From Trichomonas gallinae (taxonomy: Eukaryota): DNA of 46,960 nt. The notes under the pieces were generated by a model that searched no databases, was not told the DNA's origin, and saw only the letters and a list, made by a program, of their open reading frames with translations. The translations under genes and the position numbers were made by a program. This document shows positions 41,266-46,960 of the stretch, in pieces. How positions within the stretch are numbered: the stretch's first letter is position 1; each line of letters opens with the position of its first letter. The DNA lies in the NCBI GenBank assembly GCA_008369845.1, contig MRSU01011412.1, positions 1 to 46,960 on the forward strand. Direction: 5' to 3'.

Positions 41266-42312
41266 ATGAACAAGCACAAACAAGATTTGCCAGTTTTTAA
41301 AGATTTTACAAATCATAATTTTGAGGGAATGGATGATGATGAGAAGAATTTCCTCGAATCGAGAGGAGTCCGCGTCTTAAACATGATTAGTGATAATGGC
41401 TCGAGCCAAATATTTACAGCATCATCGCAAAATATCGAAATTTCGCTCGCTTTGAAGAGAATAAATATCAAAAATGTAAATATGGCAATTTTGCAAAGGA
41501 TTAATGCAATAAATGAATCAATGTATGTAAATATATACCAAAAATATACGTATAATGGTAATTTATACCTTCTAATGGAATATTGCCGATACGATCTTAG
41601 CCATTTAATTAAAAATGGCCCAGAAATATCCGGAAAAGATATGTCAAAATATATCAGGCTTTGTATACAAGCAGTTAAAGCATGTCACGATGCACAATTT
41701 TTCGGACTCAATATCAAGCCTTCAAATTTCTTGATTGATCAGTACGGCCGTGTCAAAATATCCGATTTTTATTGCATATCAAGTCACATTATCCATAATC
41801 AAGAACCACAAGCAACTGATTTATTCACATTCTGTTCTCCCGAAGTAATTAATAGACTAGAGAGCGGTTCATTAGCATCGGATATCTGGGCTCTTGGCTG
41901 CGCGCTATATTTCATTTCAACAGGAAAATATCCATTTCTACGCAGTGACAGCGTTTCTTTATTTGACGCAGTCTGTCATTGTAACTACGATAAGGTTGTA
42001 ATAAGTGATCCATATCTAAAGAATTTGATTTCAATGTGTTTACAAATTGATCCAAATAATCGAAAACCCACAGATTATTTATTAGTTTCTGATTATTTAC
42101 ACCAACACACAACAAGAGAACCAATGTATATTAACACTCAAAGGGAAAGTGATGTGCTTACATCAAGACGAGGTTTGACTTGCCGAAAGACAACCTGCAA
42201 GTCAATACTTGCACCAAAGACAAAGCTTCGATACAAATCAAATAGTGCAGCACCAGTTTGCATGCCAGAGATACCAATACCTTCAGTACCTTGTACTTTT
42301 GTCATGAATTAA
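41266..42312 (+). CDS. CAMK-like protein kinase, probably catalytically inactive
   Basis: 348 aa; ALKRI, LLMEYC, IKPSNFLID.YGRVKISDF, SPE, SDIWALG; HRD replaced by GLN, DFG by DFY. Confidence 0.88.
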   Translation: MNKHKQDLPVFKDFTNHNFEGMDDDEKNFLESRGVRVLNMISDNGSSQIFTASSQNIEISLALKRINIKNVNMAILQRINAINESMYVNIYQKYTYNGNLYLLMEYCRYDLSHLIKNGPEISGKDMSKYIRLCIQAVKACHDAQFFGLNIKPSNFLIDQYGRVKISDFYCISSHIIHNQEPQATDLFTFCSPEVINRLESGSLASDIWALGCALYFISTGKYPFLRSDSVSLFDAVCHCNYDKVVISDPYLKNLISMCLQIDPNNRKPTDYLLVSDYLHQHTTREPMYINTQRESDVLTSRRGLTCRKTTCKSILAPKTKLRYKSNSAAPVCMPEIPIPSVPCTFVMN

Positions 42313-42403
42313 ACCGGAATTTCTGTTTGTGTTTATAAATTCATATTTATATTTAGTAATGCATCACATATATCAAAGACTTAAGATGATTTTGATTAGC
42401 ATC

Positions 42404-42489
42404 TTTACGTGACAAAAACTAGTTCTACATGTCAAATTATTTTACAAATACAGCAAACCTTTACATGTCAAAAATATATTTACATGTCA
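42404..42489 (-). promoter_or_regulatory. Two pairs of TG(A/T)CA(T/C)GTAAA motifs
   Basis: Plus-strand TTTACGTGACA 42404, TCTACATGTCA 42424, TTTACATGTCA 42460 and 42479. Confidence 0.6.
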
Positions 42490-42748
42490 AATTTTATATC
42501 AACAAAAAAACTTCTTTCATAGCAAATCATTTTTTATATCATGATATAATGAATTTATATCATTGCGGGTCTAGAACAATGTATACAATAGAGTTAATCC
42601 CCATATAGTGCAATTTACTAAAGAAATTATAGCTTGGATAAGCATGAAAAGTGATTTTAGTTGAAAATTCTGTTTATAATTTGGATAAGTTTACATGACA
42701 AAACTACAAAAAAATTTGTCGATCGTTGTATGACGATAAAATAAAAAA

Positions 42749-43483
42749 ATGGGTCTAGATCAGAGTACACCGCAAGGAGCACAAAACACATCATACTACG
42801 GAACTTCATCGCGCGAAATCACACCAGATAACGCTATGGAAACCATTAGAGAAATTCAGCTCGAAAAATTAAATCAAAAATTGGCAAAGGATCGTGCAAA
42901 TGAAAAGCCTAGGTTCAAAACACCTTTAAGCTTTACAAACATTCTCGTTAAGCACAGCGGTCCTTTCTTAGTTTTTGTGTGTACGATAAAATCAGAAACG
43001 CCAGGACAGCTTGTTATCATATCAAACGGCAAAATGAGTTCATTCAACTTCCCCAAGACATCAGAAAAAACACTTTACAGTATTCCAATTCCAACAAATA
43101 GCGATTTCATCGTTGAAATTTCAATTGATTATCATAATTATCACGAACTAATCCCACCAAACACACATATGATCAAAAAGCATACATACGAGTTCAAAGT
43201 AATTGAATCAGAGAGCGTTTTCCGCGTTCAATATCTTTCTCAAACTGTGCAGTCAACAACAAAAACATGTAAGATAGATGTCAACAAGCCTGTTGAAGTA
43301 GTTGACGAGAATCTCACAGGTAAATGCCTCTTCTGCCTTAATAATGAAGCCATTTTATCAATGTGTGAGCAGGATCATAAAATTATTTGCCAAGCCTGCA
43401 ATAATGATAAGGACCTCAAGATAGCAGAATGTCCCTACGATCGAGTACAACAAGTTACTGAGCAGCCTCTCATTGAATTGTAA
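42749..43483 (+). CDS. Putative N-myristoylated RING-finger protein
   Basis: 244 aa; MGLDQS (MGxxxS); C-terminal CLFC-x9-C..DH..IC..C-x10-CPYD. Confidence 0.75.
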   Translation: MGLDQSTPQGAQNTSYYGTSSREITPDNAMETIREIQLEKLNQKLAKDRANEKPRFKTPLSFTNILVKHSGPFLVFVCTIKSETPGQLVIISNGKMSSFNFPKTSEKTLYSIPIPTNSDFIVEISIDYHNYHELIPPNTHMIKKHTYEFKVIESESVFRVQYLSQTVQSTTKTCKIDVNKPVEVVDENLTGKCLFCLNNEAILSMCEQDHKIICQACNNDKDLKIAECPYDRVQQVTEQPLIEL

Positions 43484-43873
43484 ATTTTTGTTTCCATGCG
43501 ACGCACTCTATTATTTGATTAAATAGCTATAAATTTATTTATTATTTCTTTCTTTGCACTTGAAATTAAATTTATTGTTAAATTTAATATCAAAAACGGA
43601 TGATTTGATATCAATAATCATTCATAATTCGACGTAATAAATCTAAAACAACCATCTAAATTAAATAAATTCATATATTATTAATTCGATAAAAATATTT
43701 TTCATTTCTATGTTGAAACAATATATTAAAATTTTAGATAGAGTTTTTTTGATGTAATATTACATTGATTGTAGGTGAAATTGCAAATATAAAATTCAAT
43801 TCTATATATATTTAGATAACAGACAAAATTGATAATGAAAACAACATTATTACATAAAATAAAATCTATAGCT

Positions 43874-45016
43874 CTATATTTCATCAGAAATAGGAAGTTT
43901 TTTGTCGCATCTCACTTCCAAAGTCGGAGGAAACTTAAGATTGATGCCAGGAACGTTACAATAGATTATACGCTCTATTCCAGAGTCATGGAAGGTTTCA
44001 TGCTCCATTTTAAGCACAGATGGTGGAATTGCAACTTCATGGAGCTTATTACTGCCTTGGAACAAGTATTTCGGCAAAGCAGTGATATTTGTTTGACTTA
44101 TATCGATATCCTTGAGTTTTGGCATCGAGAAGCAGTTTGTAGCGACTTTTGCAAGCATTTTCGGTAATGTTAGGAATCTGATGCTACAGCCGCAAAATAC
44201 TCCTTCCTCAAGCTCCTTCAGAGCTGAATGGAAGAATTTAACAGCTTTGAGCTTCTTGCAATCAAAGAAAGCAAATTTTTCAATAATCGTAACTGTAGAT
44301 GGTATTTGAACGAGAACAACTTGTGAATGAGCAAATGCATATGGACTAATACTGAGTACTTCATTATAGAACTCTGGAACTTCGATTCTCGCAGGACAAA
44401 ATATTAATTTTTGCATCATCTTCGAGTAGATGCATTGCTTGTAAACATCAAAGAACTTGGATGATTCTACACTTATTTTTGTAAGATTCGTGCAATTTGA
44501 GAAAGCGCTTCCATCAATTGATCGAATTTTCGGTTTTATTATGAAGAAATCGATGTTTGTTGAAGCAAAAACGTAATCAGCGATAGTTGTTACTGTAGGA
44601 GGCAATAATAAAGTCTTGAGATTCCACGAATTATTAAAAACTCCTGAAGGCAAGTGATAAATTGGCGAAATGGACATGTCAACATGTTCCAGTTGACTGC
44701 AGTATGAAAATGCTCCAGTGCCAACGAAATATATCGTTTTAGAAAATTTAACCGATGTTATTGAAGTATTTATGAAAGCATACTCGGAAATTCTCGATAC
44801 AGAGTATTGTGTACGGCCTATTTTGATCTTTTCGAAGAAATGCACTTCTCCAGAGAGATTTCTGAACTCGAATTTGTTATTAACTTTTGGTGTCGACTGA
44901 ATTGCAAGCTTTTGATAGTCTCGATCAATATCGCAATGAATAAGGACACCAGGGGCAACCTGTATCCTTGTATCTTTGCGCTTACAAAAAACTTGCAAAA
45001 TGAAATAAACAAACAT
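43874..45016 (-). CDS. BspA-like (TpLRR) leucine-rich repeat surface protein
   Basis: ATG 45016 with short hydrophobic leader MFVYFILQVFC; repeats such as LLPPTVTTIADYVFAS, IDGSAFSNCTNLTKI, IPSTVTIIEKFAFFDCKKLKAV. Confidence 0.92.
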   Translation of the reverse strand: MFVYFILQVFCKRKDTRIQVAPGVLIHCDIDRDYQKLAIQSTPKVNNKFEFRNLSGEVHFFEKIKIGRTQYSVSRISEYAFINTSITSVKFSKTIYFVGTGAFSYCSQLEHVDMSISPIYHLPSGVFNNSWNLKTLLLPPTVTTIADYVFASTNIDFFIIKPKIRSIDGSAFSNCTNLTKISVESSKFFDVYKQCIYSKMMQKLIFCPARIEVPEFYNEVLSISPYAFAHSQVVLVQIPSTVTIIEKFAFFDCKKLKAVKFFHSALKELEEGVFCGCSIRFLTLPKMLAKVATNCFSMPKLKDIDISQTNITALPKYLFQGSNKLHEVAIPPSVLKMEHETFHDSGIERIIYCNVPGINLKFPPTLEVRCDKKLPISDEI

Positions 45017-45181
45017 TAGCAAAAAATGATTTCTTTTACTACCAAACACTCTTTTATCATCATAAATCTCACTACCTTTTCATGATTTCAAATAATTATG
45101 CTTATATAATGAAAAATTTTGTTTTTTGAAATTAATTCGTCAATAAAACAAACATATTTATTCAAAACCTGATAAAATGAA

Positions 45182-46405
45182 TTATTCTTTGTTCTCATGG
45201 AATGATTCGCAGATTTCCAGAAAATCAACAACATGAGTCCAAGCAAAGTTGATCATGACGACAAAGCTATCGTATGAGTATGCGAGACGCTTTGCAAGAA
45301 TGAAAGTTGAAGGCTGATCTTTGAAAACTTGCGCAATCGAAATATATCTCTTATAAAGAACGTCGCTGAGATTTCCTTGGCCAAGGTTATCAAGGAATTT
45401 AAGCTGATCTGCCTTGAAACTAAGCCTTCTATCATCTAAATATCTGCACATAACTTTGAGCAATGCGCTATTAATGAATTTCATGCCTAAGTTTCTACCT
45501 GCGAAGTATCTTTCTGCCATTGTGTAAACGAGGTGAAGAACCATTTTAGTTCTATCGTTGAAGGGAAGAATTTCATATCCTAAAACGAATGCTTCTTGAG
45601 CTTTTCTTGCCTTTTCGACAGCTGCCTTGAATATTATCATGTTTTCATCGGTGTCAATAAGTGTTAAAATGATCTTGAAGATGAAAACGTCATCAGGATA
45701 TTTCGTTGGTTCGACTTCGAGCGGAATAAAGTATTCTTCGAGTAGTTTCTCAACTAAAGTATCGACAAATCCGTCTGCTGCTCTCAAATAATCTTCTAAT
45801 AGTTCTTCGCTATAATATGTCAAAGATAATTTAGAGAGATAGATGAAAAAGTTTTCTTGGTTAAGGACTTGGTTGTAGAATGGATTTGTTAAGAAATTAG
45901 CAGGGACTACGTAGTGATTTATTTGGCAGCATAGGAAAAATTGATAAACTTCGTCAGTTAAGTTCTTTTTCGTAAGTTCTAGTAACTTCTTTTCATCGGT
46001 TTTAATTGAGAAAATTCTCTCGGTGTTGTTATTTGATAATATAATAAATCTTCCTTCGAAATAAAACTGCGTTGTTGGAGAAAGCATCTCCATTTCTTCA
46101 TTAGTTTGATCTAGAATTGCGAAAAATGGCGGTGAGTATAGAAGAACGTATCTTGTTCCATTTAACGCGCCTTGGGGCTTAACGAATGAGAAAAATACTC
46201 TGCATTCCGGGTTAACTGGTGTCCTGGATCTCCAAAAGTGCGATGCTCGCCTCGCTTCATTCTTATGTGGAGACCAACAATGTTTAATTTCTCCTACGCT
46301 GCATTCTCGAGAGATGAAAGAAGGCCCACTGGTAGGCTTCTCGATGTGATTATTTATCGGGTTCTTGAAATAATCTTCAAGAGAAGCAATTCGCGCATTA
46401 TTCAT
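45182..46405 (-). CDS. Hypothetical protein (about 407 aa); beta-rich PH-like N-part and helical C-part
   Basis: ATG 46405 (MNNARIA); uninterrupted ORF; no diagnostic motif recognised. Confidence 0.7.
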   Translation of the reverse strand: MNNARIASLEDYFKNPINNHIEKPTSGPSFISRECSVGEIKHCWSPHKNEARRASHFWRSRTPVNPECRVFFSFVKPQGALNGTRYVLLYSPPFFAILDQTNEEMEMLSPTTQFYFEGRFIILSNNNTERIFSIKTDEKKLLELTKKNLTDEVYQFFLCCQINHYVVPANFLTNPFYNQVLNQENFFIYLSKLSLTYYSEELLEDYLRAADGFVDTLVEKLLEEYFIPLEVEPTKYPDDVFIFKIILTLIDTDENMIIFKAAVEKARKAQEAFVLGYEILPFNDRTKMVLHLVYTMAERYFAGRNLGMKFINSALLKVMCRYLDDRRLSFKADQLKFLDNLGQGNLSDVLYKRYISIAQVFKDQPSTFILAKRLAYSYDSFVVMINFAWTHVVDFLEICESFHENKE

Positions 46406-46488
46406 CTCTAAAAAAAAACGAAATAAAATAATTGTCTGAAAAAAAAAATTTACTTTTGTGAAATATATAATGGTCAAATTTTGCTTGA

Positions 46489-46624
46489 TTGAATACTTTA
46501 CAAATACCCTGAAAATGAAATATTGACTAGTTTACAATTTCACGGAATATTCAAATTTGAGTAGTTTACGAATCCCCTGAAAATAGATTATTGAATAGTT
46601 TACGAATCCCCTGAAAAATGACTC
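46489..46624. repeat. 34-bp tandem repeat x4 (consensus TTGAATAGTTTACGAATCCCCTGAAAATAGATTA)
   Basis: Units start at 46489, 46523, 46557, 46591; TTTAC anchor at 46497, 46531, 46565, 46599. Confidence 0.85.
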
Positions 46625-46960
46625 TTGAAAATTCATGTGTCAGCATGTTATAAGATAGATTCCGTTCGTAGTCATGGACTAATCCATAAAAGATTTTCTG
46701 TTAATTACGACAATATGTTTTGGAGCACGTTGATTTCAATACAATTGTCACGTTTTGTGATCAATTATCGATCTTCAAAATATTGTTGCCATCCAATTAT
46801 ACTTGTGGTAATGGCTAGTACTACCCATAAAATAGATAGTTCTCATTACAAAACCTAAATATATATCCAAAATATATTTCAATACCGTCATCCGCTTTTC
46901 GGGGATCAACTGGGTTTTCGGGGATCTATTCAATCTAGAGGGGTGTAAAGTGGCATGACC

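Noticed and set aside
1..46960. Spliceosomal introns, tRNA or rRNA genes
   Set aside because: Conserved proteins are complete in single ORFs; no ACTAAC-type branch/3' splice motif inside genes and no cloverleaf or rRNA signature noticed by eye.

Overview
AT-rich, gene-dense, apparently intron-free eukaryotic DNA. Gene content and Initiator (TCA(T/C)T) elements just upstream of ATGs point to a trichomonad (Trichomonas vaginalis or a close relative); this is an inference, not a database result. About 24 protein genes are present: two tandem bacterial-type heparinase II/III-like lyases (the first truncated by the window edge), a TKL kinase and a kinase-less paralog of its C-terminal domain, a Tubby-like protein, RPB4, a RluA pseudouridine synthase, a 2.2-kaa degenerate BEACH/WD40 protein, PrimPol, a PB1 protein, Tctex-1, Rad6-type E2, Sua5, ATG5, TFIIH p62-like, RPB5, an Rpn10-like vWA protein, glucokinase, an ataxin-10-like protein, a pseudokinase, a RING protein, a BspA LRR protein and several hypotheticals, plus one unannotated pseudogene. 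The most striking unexplained signal is non-coding: an 11-bp motif, TG(A/T)CA(T/C)GTAAA, that recurs in many intergenic regions mostly as same-orientation pairs 19-22 bp apart, including a 7-pair array in the divergent promoter at 6869-7213. Also noted: a structured GC-rich island (candidate ncRNA) and a 31-bp inverted-repeat element between the lyase genes, and several small tandem repeats. No CRISPR, rRNA, tRNA or autonomous transposon was recognised.
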